Source: an uncultured Gammaproteobacteria bacterium (GTDB lineage Bacteria > Pseudomonadota > Gammaproteobacteria > JAADHQ01). From it: DNA of 64,000 nt. A program made the translations under genes and the position numbers. Under the pieces are notes generated by a model. That model was given only the letters and a program-made list of their open reading frames with translations. It was not told the origin of the DNA and made no database searches. The stretch is from NCBI GenBank assembly GCA_947258755.1, contig CAMYJO010000010.1, positions 36,814-100,813 on the forward strand, written 5' to 3'. Below, piece by piece: positions 1 to 10,802 of the stretch. The first letter of the stretch is position 1, and the number at the start of each line of letters is the position of its first letter.

Positions 1-1
1 T

Positions 2-142
2 TGTAATAGTGGTCACCTTGCTTCAGGTAGTTGGTTTGTGCTGAGTGAAGTGTTGGGCCATAAAAACACCAAACTTTATGATGGTTCCATGCATGAATGG
101 ACCATGGGTGATCGCGAAGTCACGCGCTTTAAAGTAGAATAG
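2..142 (+). CDS. Rhodanese-family sulfurtransferase, 3' end only (partial at window edge)
   Basis: The in-frame translation 'CNSGHLASGSWFVLSEVLGHKNTKLYDGSMHEWTMGDREVTRFKVE*' matches the C-terminal catalytic-Cys and 'YDGSWSEW' region of thiosulfate/3-mercaptopyruvate sulfurtransferases. The open frame runs off the 5' edge of the window. Confidence 0.6.
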   Translation, partial: CNSGHLASGSWFVLSEVLGHKNTKLYDGSMHEWTMGDREVTRFKVE

Positions 143-169
143 CCTATTCCATTCACTTAAGAGCTGAAA

Positions 170-412
170 ATGACCGATATATTTTATGACACAGAAACGT
201 CCGTTGTTTCGGAAACTTATGCGATAGTCTATGCTCCGCGAAAAAACCGAAAACGTTTTCCGGAAAACTGCGTTACGACTGTCAAAGACCCGGAGGCGGC
301 ACTGGGTGGAATGGATATGAAAAAGAACCTGTATCCAGCCAAAGTGCTTGGTCCATCACGCTCATCAGAAGGTTTGATGTTATATTATCTGGTCGAGTGG
401 CTTGATCAATGA
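170..412 (+). CDS. Hypothetical small protein (80 aa)
   Basis: ORF from the provided track. I recognise no motif. It sits directly after the partial rhodanese gene. Confidence 0.3.
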   Translation: MTDIFYDTETSVVSETYAIVYAPRKNRKRFPENCVTTVKDPEAALGGMDMKKNLYPAKVLGPSRSSEGLMLYYLVEWLDQ

Positions 413-420
413 TAGATCAC

Positions 421-1242
421 CTAGGAGGCATTCCTGCGACCTGTCCTGAAATAGTCAGTATTTTGATAGTATGCAGGATTTTCATTACGACTATCCCAGC
501 CGGGTATACCTAATAAGGGAAATGGATGTAATTCTCGTGGCGATATGTTGTTATGTTCCTTGAAATACGAGGCGGCTAATTTATCGATTTGTTTTTGCTG
601 ATCTGATAGGCACAAATCAAACAAACCATCATCAACTTCCAGGAAAATACAATGAGCGGTCATGCCGATATACGGGTTAAGAAATTTTTCGAGTAAGGCA
701 TGCCCAAAGGTAAAACATTTTATTGTGCGATTAAATGCATGTCGGTTTTCAATGAAAAGCTGTTGCCACTTGAATTTCTGGACCAGTTCCAATAGCTGCT
801 TATCCTGACTGACGATAATAACCCCACATTCATCGAAGAGTGTCAGACTATTTTCTACAGTCGTACGTTGATGGCTATTCCTACGTTTGGTATATGCCTC
901 AAAATGTATTTTATTAATTAATTGTTTACATAGTGGGTAAGTAGACCAAACCATAACTTGAAAGAAGTCATGCCAATTCTGCAGTCGTGTTTGGATTTCA
1001 CCCTTTAAATATATTCTGGCTTCATAGTTATCATGCTGCTTATGTGACTTGTCAGCTTGCGGGATAAATTTCAAAGGTATGCCAGACGGAGAACATATAT
1101 CTCCGACTAGGTGTTTTAACAATGCATTATAGTCATTGAGGTCAGGCCATACCTTATAATCGCTGAAGGTCGATGCCACTGCTGAAATATCATCGAACAA
1201 GACATTATTGCTGTAGAAATCGGCACGCCACTGATCGGCCAT
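421..1242 (-). CDS. Conserved hypothetical protein (273 aa), possibly DUF3025-like
   Basis: A long uninterrupted ORF in AT-rich DNA with a complex, non-repetitive sequence. The family assignment is from memory only. Confidence 0.45.
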   Translation of the reverse strand: MADQWRADFYSNNVLFDDISAVASTFSDYKVWPDLNDYNALLKHLVGDICSPSGIPLKFIPQADKSHKQHDNYEARIYLKGEIQTRLQNWHDFFQVMVWSTYPLCKQLINKIHFEAYTKRRNSHQRTTVENSLTLFDECGVIIVSQDKQLLELVQKFKWQQLFIENRHAFNRTIKCFTFGHALLEKFLNPYIGMTAHCIFLEVDDGLFDLCLSDQQKQIDKLAASYFKEHNNISPRELHPFPLLGIPGWDSRNENPAYYQNTDYFRTGRRNAS

Positions 1243-1256
1243 TGCTAAAACCCAGG

Positions 1257-1817
1257 TTAACGTACGATTTTAGTGAACTTGGAGCCTTCAAGTGTTAGGT
1301 TGTACATTAAGCCCTTATTTCCAAAAACAAAGCCGACAATAGGTTTATTGTGAGAGGTGGTATCTATCGTTTTGCCAGTTCCCAATTCGATCAGGGCAAC
1401 AGAACCATCGATACCGACTTCCCAGCCATCACTTTTTCTGAATTTGGCCAAGGCATCGGATTGTAGGAAAACGATAATAATGCTTTTTACTTGTGCTCCT
1501 AATTGAAAACCAATTGAGGCAGATATAGTATTATAGTAACTTACATTCTTGCCATTAATTTGCAGTGCGCCTTCGCCATATTCACCGCCAATACCGATAC
1601 CAGCTTTGACCACTTCAGGAAACACCAGGATGCCTTTAGCTTTACCTAGAAAGCTCGAAGCACCGCCGACAGTCTTTTTAAATTGCTTCAGTGTCTGTTT
1701 AACCTTGAGATTGATTTCCTGTCTATCAGCAGCGAAATTGGCGCTTGAATAAATTAGGGCAGGGAAGAGCAGTGTTAACAAGACTAAACATTTTTTGTAA
1801 TCAAAATTGATATTCAT
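1257..1817 (-). CDS. Ysc84/SYLF (DUF500) lipid-binding domain protein with N-terminal signal peptide
   Basis: There is an N-terminal hydrophobic signal ('CLVLLTLLFPALIYSSANFA'). The Gly-rich 'GIGIGGEYGEGAL...SASIGFQLGAQ' block is typical of bacterial Ysc84-like proteins. Confidence 0.65.
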   Translation of the reverse strand: MNINFDYKKCLVLLTLLFPALIYSSANFAADRQEINLKVKQTLKQFKKTVGGASSFLGKAKGILVFPEVVKAGIGIGGEYGEGALQINGKNVSYYNTISASIGFQLGAQVKSIIIVFLQSDALAKFRKSDGWEVGIDGSVALIELGTGKTIDTTSHNKPIVGFVFGNKGLMYNLTLEGSKFTKIVR

Positions 1818-2209
1818 GAGCGGGCCTGTTTAGGCATTTCTACTGAGTGATTTTTGCTGTTGCTGTTGTTTAATTTTGTTTGCATTATTTTGTCTTTCAA
1901 AATTAGCGCTTGCAGTGCTCGAAGTGTTTCATTATTCGCTTTTAAAAATTGAATAGCCATACCACGATCGGTGTTACGGATAAACTTTGCCAGCATTCGA
2001 GGCTGTTTGACCTGCGTACCACAAATTTGGGGGAACCTCAGTTCCAGTACGCGATGTTTTGGGAACTTCACGGCGCAACTCAACAACTCGGCTCCTCCCA
2101 GTGAGACATCCAGAGTCTTACATCGCAGCACTTGTTCTCCCTCAGGTCGCCACATCTTTATCTCCACATCCAGTGCTATCGCGTCTCTGTTCCAATTGCG
2201 CTGTTCCAT
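1814..2209 (-). CDS. PilZ domain protein (c-di-GMP binding), 131 aa
   Basis: RxxxR motif ('RNWNR') near the N-terminus and D/NxSxxG motif ('DVSLGG') about 30 residues later. The stop overlaps the start of the downstream gene by 4 nt (ATGA). Confidence 0.6.
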   Translation of the reverse strand: MEQRNWNRDAIALDVEIKMWRPEGEQVLRCKTLDVSLGGAELLSCAVKFPKHRVLELRFPQICGTQVKQPRMLAKFIRNTDRGMAIQFLKANNETLRALQALILKDKIMQTKLNNSNSKNHSVEMPKQARS

Positions 2210-2676
2210 TACAAACTCCTGGTTATCAAAGCATATTAAGTATTGGTAGTAAGTTATGAATTTCTAATATTTTTCTTGTTTGCTTACAACATATTTAACA
2301 CAATGTAAGACCATGATAAATTAATATTGGAGTGAATATCAAACGCCCCTATGACAATATTAATAGTACGGTATATAATCGGCTAGACACAACGCCTATT
2401 AGATGCTTGCAAATAATATATAAGTTAATAATTACATATACTTATGAATACATTAAGCCTTAAGTTGGCCTTAATTTCAATAACTATGCGCATTTGCTTG
2501 GCAACGATTGTGTGATTCGCTGGTCATATCCAGCAGTGGTAGTGGCAATTCAAGGGACGAATAAAGCAATGAATTCATAGACGGTAATTCCAATACCTGA
2601 ATGGATCTGCTATTAATGTGAACATAACGAAGCTCGGATGCAATCACAACAGGCGCCTATCCAGGCGATAGATACT

Positions 2677-3312
2677 ATGAAGAAATCGACCACCATGATT
2701 ACACGTGAGAAAGCTCTGAAGGGACGGGCTGAGCCGATTCAGTTAAGTAATCATCATTACGTCCTGGGTACACCGATACAGGGAGATATTGCATCGCCTT
2801 ATAAAAGTATCGTATTCGGCATGGGCTGCTTCTGGGGTGCCGAACGATTATTCTGGACACAAGAAGGTGTCTATACCACGGCGGTTGGATATGCCGGTGG
2901 TTTCACAGATAATCCTACGTATGAGGAAGTATGCTCAGGGGACACGGGCCACACCGAGGTCGTTCTGGTAGTTTATGACCCAGGTAAAATTAGCCTGGAT
3001 AAACTATTAGAGATTTTCTGGACCGGGCATGATCCCACGCAGGGTATGCGTCAGGGTAATGATATCGGCACACAATATCGTTCTGCTATTTATGTCAACA
3101 ATAAAGAGGACCTGGATAGTGCCAATGCCAGCATGCAGGAGTACCAGCAACAATTACACCAAAGTGGATTTCCTAAAATCAGTACTGAAATAGAGTTAGA
3201 TCGTGTACTTTACTATGCCGAAGAATATCATCAACAATATCTGGGTAAAAACCCTGCCGGTTATTGTGGATTGAGGGGCACTGGCGTTGATTTCCTTTCT
3301 GCTGACGGCTAA
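2677..3312 (+). CDS. msrA: Peptide methionine sulfoxide reductase MsrA
   Basis: Contains the '[13 protein letters not shown]' active-site motif and MsrA-like sequence throughout. The ORF opens at 2638. Alternative ATG starts lie at 2677 and 2695, and 2677 is chosen. Confidence 0.9.
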   Translation: MKKSTTMITREKALKGRAEPIQLSNHHYVLGTPIQGDIASPYKSIVFGMGCFWGAERLFWTQEGVYTTAVGYAGGFTDNPTYEEVCSGDTGHTEVVLVVYDPGKISLDKLLEIFWTGHDPTQGMRQGNDIGTQYRSAIYVNNKEDLDSANASMQEYQQQLHQSGFPKISTEIELDRVLYYAEEYHQQYLGKNPAGYCGLRGTGVDFLSADG

Positions 3313-3376
3313 CCGCCATCCAGTATACATTTCCAGCCATGACCAATAGCCTTATTGATTAAGGTTCGATATCTTC

Positions 3377-3898
3377 ATGCATGAAACATTTCCGACATAT
3401 AAAAAGATCCTGTTACAGGATATGGCATCTATTAATTCCAGTATATTGACGGCATTCCAGACTATGTCGCCTAAAGACTATGATAAGCAGACGCATTATT
3501 TTCATGGTCGCTATGAAAATATCTATATAAATGAAGAACGCATACCGCAACTGGAATTATTGATTAGCAAAATCAAGAATGAAGTATCGAAATACTTAAA
3601 CGCGGATAATAAACAAATAAAGATGGGATTTTGGTTGAATGTGATGATGCCGGGACAAGTAACAAGCCGACATTGCCATGACGATCTGGATGAAATGGTC
3701 TCAGGTGTTTATTATATAAAAGTTCCAGATCAATCTGGTAAATTGATATTACATAGCGATAAAGACATCGAAATAGAACCACAAGAGAGCATGCTGATTT
3801 TGTTTTCTCCGGCACTGGATCATCAGGTTCTGGTCAATAATAGTCAGGATATACGTTTATCCATCGGCCTCAATGCCTGCCTGATATCGGACAATTAA
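3377..3898 (+). CDS. Putative 2OG-Fe(II) oxygenase-family protein (TIGR02466-like)
   Basis: The 'HCHDD...SGVYYIKVP' segment fits the HxD...H metal-binding pattern of small 2OG-Fe(II) oxygenase-like proteins. Confidence 0.5.
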   Translation: MHETFPTYKKILLQDMASINSSILTAFQTMSPKDYDKQTHYFHGRYENIYINEERIPQLELLISKIKNEVSKYLNADNKQIKMGFWLNVMMPGQVTSRHCHDDLDEMVSGVYYIKVPDQSGKLILHSDKDIEIEPQESMLILFSPALDHQVLVNNSQDIRLSIGLNACLISDN

Positions 3899-4209
3899 TT
3901 TTTCTGCCGGGTATTATTAGCAACCTTTGTCAGGCTGCACGATAAACGATAGCTGCCATCTTCAAGTGTTTCAGTACGAATGACCGTTCCGGATGCGGTA
4001 ATCTCGGGTATCGATTTTTTGCTGCCCGGCTTCACCTGGATAGAAATAGCAGTCGATTCTGGCAGCGATATGGTGCAAATAAATTGAATACCTGTTGCGG
4101 ATAGATTCTGCATTTTACCTACGCTCCAGGATGCGGTATTTGCCTGGCGAAATAGTACAGGGCAGGCCATGTTCATGCGTGGAAATGTTCTTTTTTCTAT
4201 ATTATCCAT
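3895..4209 (-). CDS. PilZ domain protein, 104 aa
   Basis: RxxxR ('RTFPR') and NxSxxG ('NLSATG') motifs at canonical spacing. Convergent with the 2OG-oxygenase gene (4-nt overlap). Confidence 0.6.
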   Translation of the reverse strand: MDNIEKRTFPRMNMACPVLFRQANTASWSVGKMQNLSATGIQFICTISLPESTAISIQVKPGSKKSIPEITASGTVIRTETLEDGSYRLSCSLTKVANNTRQKN

Positions 4210-4681
4210 TCACAAGCCATAAAAACATTATCAATAAATACAATAAGATAGCACGCGTTCTTGCTTATCTCAGAAGTAGACCCGACATACAAAGATTCCA
4301 TTCACCCCAAAATACTATGTGTGAAACATAGCCTATATACTATAACTATTTTTGCCACTCATTTCTATGTACTTATTCCCCCTGAAACAGCATTTAACGC
4401 TATTGGGTCAGAATATTTGTGGCTCTGGTCAACATAAATCCGTTCTGCTGATGACCTCACTGGTGCGCGCGCAACTCAACTTATATGATTTCCAACCAAT
4501 GCGCCAGCAGTCAGTTGAAATGCAGTAGGCTGAGGTCTGTCGAAATAGCATGTATGCAACCCTAAGTTTTACTGGAATCTGTATGACAACAGGGTAATCT
4601 GATCACAGGCAGAATACTTGCAACCGCGTTCATCAGTCTATAATATCACCTCGCAACCACTCTTATCCCGGGAATAATCTT

Positions 4682-6271
4682 TTGTATTCTGAAGTTGAAC
4701 AAAACCTTAGAGCACTGCTTGAATCGGGTGCTGACAAGTTTCTGCAGACCAGTCTTATCGGCATTGAAAAAGAAAGCCTGCGCGTCAATAGTGAAGGCAA
4801 AATCTCACAAACTATACATCCTCAAGCCCTTGGCTCTGCGCTTACCAATCCGTCAATTACAACAGATTATTCCGAAGCCTTGATTGAGTTTATATCGCCG
4901 CCACTGGAGTCCATTCGCAAGGCACTTGGGTATATCGAGGATCTGCACAAATTCACGTATAAACGACTCGATAATGAATTACTTTGGGCAACCAGTATGC
5001 CATGTATCGTCAAGGATGAATCCAATATCCCTATTGCCCAATATGGTAGGTCTAATCTCGGTAAAATGAAGACAGTTTATCGCGAAGGTCTGGGACACCG
5101 ATATGGCAAAGTCATGCAGCTTATTGCCGGCATACATTTCAACTACTCCTATTCAGATTCATTTTGGCAAAGCTACTACCAAATGGCCGGTGAATCGACT
5201 GAGTTACAAGAGTTCATAAATGAAAAATATTTTTCCTTGATTCGTAATTTACTACGAGTTGGATGGATTATTCCCTATTTATTTGGTGCATCTCCAGCAG
5301 TCTGTAAATCATTTTTTGGGCAATCAAATAGTGGCCTGAGTTCGTTTGATGACAAAACCTATTTTGAGCCCTATGCGACTTCACTACGAATGAGCGACAT
5401 TGGCTATCAGAATAATGAAGAGAATGAGAAGGGCATAAAGGCATGCTATGACAATCTTGAAGAGTATGTGGCTAACCTGAAGTTCGCAATAGAGACACCA
5501 TGCCCGGAATACCAACGCGTTGGTGTTAAGAAAAACGGTGAATATCTACAGTTGAACGCAAATATCCTGCAAATAGAAAATGAGTATTACAGTACGGTAC
5601 GTCCAAAACAAATAACCGAACCTAACGAGCAGCCGATTAACGCACTCAAGAAAAGAGGGGTAAAATATATCGAGCTAAGATCTCTTGATATTAATGCCTT
5701 TGACCCTTTTGGTGTCAATGAAAAACAATTATATTTTCTTGAGGCCCTGATGTTGTTTTGCCTGGTTGCAGATAGCCCATATATTAACCCGGACGAGCGC
5801 GAAGAAATAGATAAAAACGAAATGCTTGCTGCGTTACAGGGTAGGGACCCTGAACTTAAACTCATGCGTAATGGAAAAAATATCAGCTTACAAGATTGGG
5901 CACTACAGGTTTTTGAGGCCATGCTGCCTGTATGTAAGGCGCTGGATCTGGCGAATGCAACAAGCAATTATACTGCTGCCCTTGACCACTTAATGCCAAG
6001 AGTAAAAGATCCAGACAAGACTCCCTCTGCCAGAATGATTGCCGAAATGCGAGAGCGAGGAGAGGGCTTCTATGCCTTTGCCAAAAAAATGTCGGTTCAG
6101 CATAATAATTATTTTAAACAATTGGCCCTGAACAAAGAAACCGGTGAATTATTGCAGCATCAGGTCAATGAATCGCTATCTAAACTAAAAGAAATCGAGG
6201 AGAACGATCATTTGTCTTTTGATGAATTCCTTGATAACTATTTTAATCCTGGCAAGGCTAAGACTTCATAA
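4682..6271 (+). CDS. gshA: Glutamate--cysteine ligase (gammaproteobacterial GshA type)
   Basis: The N-terminus 'LIGIEKESLRVNSEGKISQTIHPQALGSALTNPSITTDYSEALIEFISPP' parallels E. coli GshA ('GLERETLRV...HPEALGSALTH..ITTDFAEALLEFITP'). TTG start per the ORF track. Confidence 0.9.
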   Translation: MYSEVEQNLRALLESGADKFLQTSLIGIEKESLRVNSEGKISQTIHPQALGSALTNPSITTDYSEALIEFISPPLESIRKALGYIEDLHKFTYKRLDNELLWATSMPCIVKDESNIPIAQYGRSNLGKMKTVYREGLGHRYGKVMQLIAGIHFNYSYSDSFWQSYYQMAGESTELQEFINEKYFSLIRNLLRVGWIIPYLFGASPAVCKSFFGQSNSGLSSFDDKTYFEPYATSLRMSDIGYQNNEENEKGIKACYDNLEEYVANLKFAIETPCPEYQRVGVKKNGEYLQLNANILQIENEYYSTVRPKQITEPNEQPINALKKRGVKYIELRSLDINAFDPFGVNEKQLYFLEALMLFCLVADSPYINPDEREEIDKNEMLAALQGRDPELKLMRNGKNISLQDWALQVFEAMLPVCKALDLANATSNYTAALDHLMPRVKDPDKTPSARMIAEMRERGEGFYAFAKKMSVQHNNYFKQLALNKETGELLQHQVNESLSKLKEIEENDHLSFDEFLDNYFNPGKAKTS

Positions 6272-6282
6272 TTGCTTATGCT

Positions 6283-7593
6283 TTAGCATGCAATATTTGT
6301 AAACGGCCAGCGTGACGTAAATACAGATGAATAGATGCTGGCCGGGTCAGCGCCATATGAACCGATAGGCAGGCTATATAGAATATCCAGCTGCAGTCCT
6401 TTACGCTCCTGTTTTTTCATCATATCAACAATTTTATATTTTCGGTAAGGCTTTCTATCCTCATTTAGCAGGATAATGATACTAGGCCTTAGCTTTCTTT
6501 CGGGGTTTTGTTCAAGCACCATTGCAGTCTCACCAGTGCTCAATTCAACCAGAGAACCAGCGGGATAAATGCCTATTGCCCGGATAAATTCTTCAACTAA
6601 ATCTTGTTGAAATTCCTGGTCAATCATATTGTACAGTTTAAAAATTGTGTCAGACGGACTGAGTCCAAATTCATTATTTCGCGGAAAAGTCATCTCATCA
6701 TAAGTACTGGCAATGCCGGCAATTTTTGCTAGATAGGGTATCTGCTCAGCGCTAATCCCGCGAGGGTAGCCAGAACCATTGTGGCGCTCGTGCATATTGG
6801 CAACAATAGCTAGAACTTGTTTGTCCAAAGGTGTTGAAGACTGCTTCAGGATTTTCAATGCCTTTAGCACATGGGTTTGATAACGGATTAAGTCATCGGC
6901 ACTCATATCACTCGGATCCTGCTTGAGTAGATTGTCCGGCAACTTACATTTACCGACATCAGATATCATGATGCCCATAGCGAGGTTATTCAATGCCTGA
7001 GTCGATAAACCCATATGTCGGCCTAAGGCTACCGCCCAAATGCTTGCGCGTACGGTGTGTCCATATAAGTGTTCGTCTTTATTTTTAATTTTATTTAACC
7101 AGATAAACGCATCCGGGTTACGGATAATATCCTGGACCATTACTGAAACCACCTTGCGGGTCTCTTCCAGTGGTAATTGTTCATTGTTTTTCATCGCGAT
7201 TTCGATGTAGGAAATAGCCAGGTCTGCGAGATTTTTTATTTTCAAGGCATTTTTGACTTCATGCCGGGGCGATGTTGTCTGCTTATACACGCCTTTTTTA
7301 GTTTTAAGCTTCTTTGCCTTGATGATTTTGCCCGATTGACCTGCACTGGGCTTTTCAGTGGACACTTGTGTGTCCAAGGTCTGTAGAAATGCCGGGTCTA
7401 CAGGGCTTTTGCCGCGGCGGATGTCGATATAAACGTAGTCGCAATAATGCCTAAGGGTACTTATATCATCGAATTCCCTGATATAATAACCCTGTAGAGG
7501 GAATGGCGTATTGATCCATGGACGATCAAGACGTGAGACATACATTCCCACTGTAAGGTTGTCTATATCGACTTTGATTTGATCTAGTGGCAT
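6283..7593 (-). CDS. HD-GYP domain c-di-GMP phosphodiesterase with N-terminal DUF3391
   Basis: Contains 'HNGSGYPRG' (GYP motif), an HD region 'YGHTVRAS...' and N-terminal 'MPLDQIKVDIDNLTVGMYVS', a typical DUF3391 start. The ORF track extends to a TTG at 7713. The ATG at 7593 is chosen. Confidence 0.8.
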   Translation of the reverse strand: MPLDQIKVDIDNLTVGMYVSRLDRPWINTPFPLQGYYIREFDDISTLRHYCDYVYIDIRRGKSPVDPAFLQTLDTQVSTEKPSAGQSGKIIKAKKLKTKKGVYKQTTSPRHEVKNALKIKNLADLAISYIEIAMKNNEQLPLEETRKVVSVMVQDIIRNPDAFIWLNKIKNKDEHLYGHTVRASIWAVALGRHMGLSTQALNNLAMGIMISDVGKCKLPDNLLKQDPSDMSADDLIRYQTHVLKALKILKQSSTPLDKQVLAIVANMHERHNGSGYPRGISAEQIPYLAKIAGIASTYDEMTFPRNNEFGLSPSDTIFKLYNMIDQEFQQDLVEEFIRAIGIYPAGSLVELSTGETAMVLEQNPERKLRPSIIILLNEDRKPYRKYKIVDMMKKQERKGLQLDILYSLPIGSYGADPASIYSSVFTSRWPFTNIAC

Positions 7594-7736
7594 ATTAGTT
7601 AAATGATTGCTCGCATGTTGTATATAACGACTAAATGTAAATATAGTGTAAGACGAGTTAACACAGGTGTGCGCTGAAGCACATTTTAAGTACAAGCCTG
7701 ACATCAGGCACAACGATGATAAAAATAAGCCCTTAA

Positions 7737-9080
7737 ATGTTACGCATACTCAATTACATAAAATCTCTGATGTGGGATCTGGATCTTAGCGCACGGTCCC
7801 GTTTTCTACAGATAATACAGCGATTATCGCGTATAATATATGTGGTTATTAGAGATCTCACGGACGGGCAATTAACCTTACGGGCGATGAGCCTGGTCTA
7901 TACCACCTTACTATCCCTGGTGCCGTTGCTGGCAGTAAGCTTTTCTGTCCTCAAGGGTTTTGGAGTACATAACAAGATTGAGCCCATGTTGCTTAATTTT
8001 CTCGCTCCTCTGGGTGAACAGGGTGTTGAAATAAGTACCCGCATTATTGAATTTGTTAATAATGTGAAAGTAGGTGTGCTAGGTTCACTCGGATTATTGT
8101 TATTACTGTATACGGTCATTTCGCTGATCCAGAAAATCGAGCGCGCCTTTAATTATACCTGGAACGTATCGCAATCAAGGTCATTTATTCAACGTTTCAG
8201 TGACTACCTCAGTGTTATTTTTGTTGGTCCTGTATTTGTATTCACCGCCATAGGCATTACCGCCTCTATTTTATCTGCACCAATAGTTAAGGACATGCAA
8301 ACCATCGAAGGCCTTGGTACGTTGTTTGAGCTCATGCGAAAATCTGTGCCGTACCTGCTAATCATCATCGCCTTTACCTTTGTTTATGTATTGATTCCTA
8401 ATACCAAGGTAAAAGTTAAATCTGCCTTGATAGGAGCATTCATTGCCGGTATTTTATGGGGCACCACGGGCTGGCTTTTCGCTTCCTTCTTGCTGACCTC
8501 GACCAAATATATAGCGATTTATTCAGCCTTTGCGACATTGATATTCTTTCTTATCTGGCTGTACCTGAACTGGATAATTTTATTGATAGGGGCCAGCATA
8601 GCCTTTTATCACCAAAATCCGGAATATATCTCGCCAGAAAAAGTAAGTCTTAAAATAAGCAATAGTGCCAGGGAGCTATTGACAGTGCAGATAATGCGCG
8701 TCGTAAGCCAGCGTTACAGCGACATGAAAAAAGAAGTCAGTTTTGATGAGCTGGTACAACAAACATCTGTGCCATCCATTATATTGTCACAGACTATAGA
8801 TAGCCTGGAAAGAGGTGGATTCCTTATTCATACCTGCGAGGATAACGTACGTTATTATCCTGCCAAACCTTTAGACAAAATTAAAATAATCGATGTCATA
8901 AGACATGTTCGCAGTGATGGTATTAATTATCATATTGAAGAAAGCATCAAGTCTGATGATGCAGGAATTGTATCTTTATTTAAAACAATGGACAGGGCTG
9001 CAAATCAGTCACTAAAAAATATGTCATTCCAACAACTAATCAATGAAACGGAACAAAATAAAAACCAACATGTTAAGTAA
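7737..9080 (+). CDS. YihY/BrkB family inner membrane protein with C-terminal extension
   Basis: Multi-pass membrane protein. The YihY-like N-terminal region reads 'MSLVYTTLLSLVPLLAVSFSVLKGFG'. It carries an extra soluble tail of about 150 aa. Confidence 0.7.
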   Translation: MLRILNYIKSLMWDLDLSARSRFLQIIQRLSRIIYVVIRDLTDGQLTLRAMSLVYTTLLSLVPLLAVSFSVLKGFGVHNKIEPMLLNFLAPLGEQGVEISTRIIEFVNNVKVGVLGSLGLLLLLYTVISLIQKIERAFNYTWNVSQSRSFIQRFSDYLSVIFVGPVFVFTAIGITASILSAPIVKDMQTIEGLGTLFELMRKSVPYLLIIIAFTFVYVLIPNTKVKVKSALIGAFIAGILWGTTGWLFASFLLTSTKYIAIYSAFATLIFFLIWLYLNWIILLIGASIAFYHQNPEYISPEKVSLKISNSARELLTVQIMRVVSQRYSDMKKEVSFDELVQQTSVPSIILSQTIDSLERGGFLIHTCEDNVRYYPAKPLDKIKIIDVIRHVRSDGINYHIEESIKSDDAGIVSLFKTMDRAANQSLKNMSFQQLINETEQNKNQHVK

Positions 9081-9102
9081 AATAAATACGATATTAGGAC
9101 AA

Positions 9103-9402
9103 ATGAAACCCTTGCGCGTGATGCTGGCAATTGCTGCCATATTAACCGCTATTTTTGCACCTGCGGCAGGCACAAAGGCCGTTTACGAGGGATTGCCGGT
9201 TATACAAACTTTGATCTTACCTGCTTTAACACCGCTAGTATTTTTAGTGTTATTGCTGGATGCATTAATGAACCGAGTCTGGATGATTGATGCGACCGGT
9301 GACAAAATTGCTAAATTTAGAACCATTATGCGTATCGATTTACTATTAGCTATATTGGTTTTCATTCGCTGGATACCTTACTTTATCGAAATCTGGCAAT
9401 AA
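9103..9402 (+). CDS. Hypothetical small membrane protein
   Basis: Three predicted hydrophobic segments. The ORF (track 9043..9402) overlaps the YihY 3' end. An internal ATG at 9103 is chosen. It ends 1 nt before the next gene. Confidence 0.3.
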   Translation: MKPLRVMLAIAAILTAIFAPAAGTKAVYEGLPVIQTLILPALTPLVFLVLLLDALMNRVWMIDATGDKIAKFRTIMRIDLLLAILVFIRWIPYFIEIWQ

Positions 9403-9403
9403 G

Positions 9404-10312
9404 GTGAACAAAGGTAGAGTGGTGATTGTCGGCTGCGGTTATCTCGGTACCAAGCTGGCTTCTGGATTGAGATCAATGAACTACGATGTTAGCGCTGTAG
9501 TTAGAACGAATGAACATTTTAAGGCGCTAGAAAAGGAATATGATAGTTACCAGATTGATCTGGATGCAGACCAGGCAATATCGCTACCAGTCATAGCTAA
9601 TACAGTCGTATTCTATTTTGTCCCGCCACCTGCACAGGGAACTTCCGATACCAGGATAGAAACATTTTTAACTGCTCTTTCCCCGCAAGATGCTCCACGA
9701 AAAATAGTATTGATCAGTACAACAGGTGTGTACGGTAATTGTGGTGAGGAATGGGTCGATGAATCTCGGAAACCAAGGCCCGATACCGACAGGGCAAGAA
9801 GAAGGCTCGATGCTGAAAACATTCTGACTCATTGGTGCCAGCAACGAGATATTGATTATGTCATCTTACGAGTACCAGGCATCTATGGTCCCGATAAACT
9901 GCCGTTAAAACGCTTGCAGGAGAATAAGCCGGTATTGAGTCTATCGGAATCGCCGTGGAGTAACAGAATTCATATTGATGACCTGGTACAGGCTTGTATT
10001 AACGCAATGCATTACACAGGTGAATATAGGATATTCAATGTGAGTGATGGTCATCCCAGTTCGATGACGGATTATTTCCTATCCGTTGCCAAGGCCTTGA
10101 ATTTACCCACACCACAGCAAGTAAGTCTTGAAGCATGCAAACAAATATTTTCTGACAACATGATTTCCTATTTACTGGAATCCAAGAAAATAAATAATGA
10201 CCGATTACTGAATGAGCTCAAGGTAACGTTAAAGTACCCTGACTTGCAGCATGGGCTAAGCGATTTGGCCAGCCAAGTCGCAATAAATGAAAAAAAACCC
10301 AAATTTATTTAG
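9404..10312 (+). CDS. NAD(P)-binding SDR-family oxidoreductase/epimerase
   Basis: N-terminal Rossmann motif 'VVIVGCGYLGTKLA'. Overall similarity to the NAD-dependent epimerase/dehydratase family. Confidence 0.7.
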   Translation: MNKGRVVIVGCGYLGTKLASGLRSMNYDVSAVVRTNEHFKALEKEYDSYQIDLDADQAISLPVIANTVVFYFVPPPAQGTSDTRIETFLTALSPQDAPRKIVLISTTGVYGNCGEEWVDESRKPRPDTDRARRRLDAENILTHWCQQRDIDYVILRVPGIYGPDKLPLKRLQENKPVLSLSESPWSNRIHIDDLVQACINAMHYTGEYRIFNVSDGHPSSMTDYFLSVAKALNLPTPQQVSLEACKQIFSDNMISYLLESKKINNDRLLNELKVTLKYPDLQHGLSDLASQVAINEKKPKFI

Positions 10313-10622
10313 CGCTACCACCTAGACAAGGGGGGGATTCAGGGCTGACACCGTTGATGTCTTGCCATTGTTGGGGAGTATAGGTATGCAGGGCCAGCGC
10401 ATGTATGTCCTTGTCCAGCTCTTCTTTAAGGATGGCATTGATCATGCGATGCTGTGCCAACAAGGCCTTACCAGTAAATTCATCACTAACGATACTAATC
10501 TTAAAGTGAGATTCTGAACCTTCCGGGACATTATGCATATCACTCTCATTGATCACTTCAAGATACTCCGGGGCGATCTGTTGCTCCAATTTCCGGGTAA
10601 TTTTCTGCTGTATAGGTCCCAT
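10305..10622 (-). CDS. BolA/IbaG family protein
   Basis: 'SHFKISIVSDEFTGKALLAQHRMINAIL...IHALALHTYTPQQW' matches the BolA family signature ('HF.v.ivS..F.gks...rHrlvy..L...iHAL.i.t.T'). Confidence 0.8.
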   Translation of the reverse strand: MGPIQQKITRKLEQQIAPEYLEVINESDMHNVPEGSESHFKISIVSDEFTGKALLAQHRMINAILKEELDKDIHALALHTYTPQQWQDINGVSPESPPCLGGSAK

Positions 10623-10802
10623 TTTTAGCCTTAGCTCTCTGGTAAAGTCCCATTATATTTTATTCATGCGCAAAATACACTCTGTGCACTAGCGCACGAA
10701 GTTCGACTAAAGCTGACAAGCGTACAGCCGATAAATAGTCTGTACTATAGAGCCGTAATAATATATTTAACATTAATTAAATCTAATAAAGTACTGATAA
10801 TT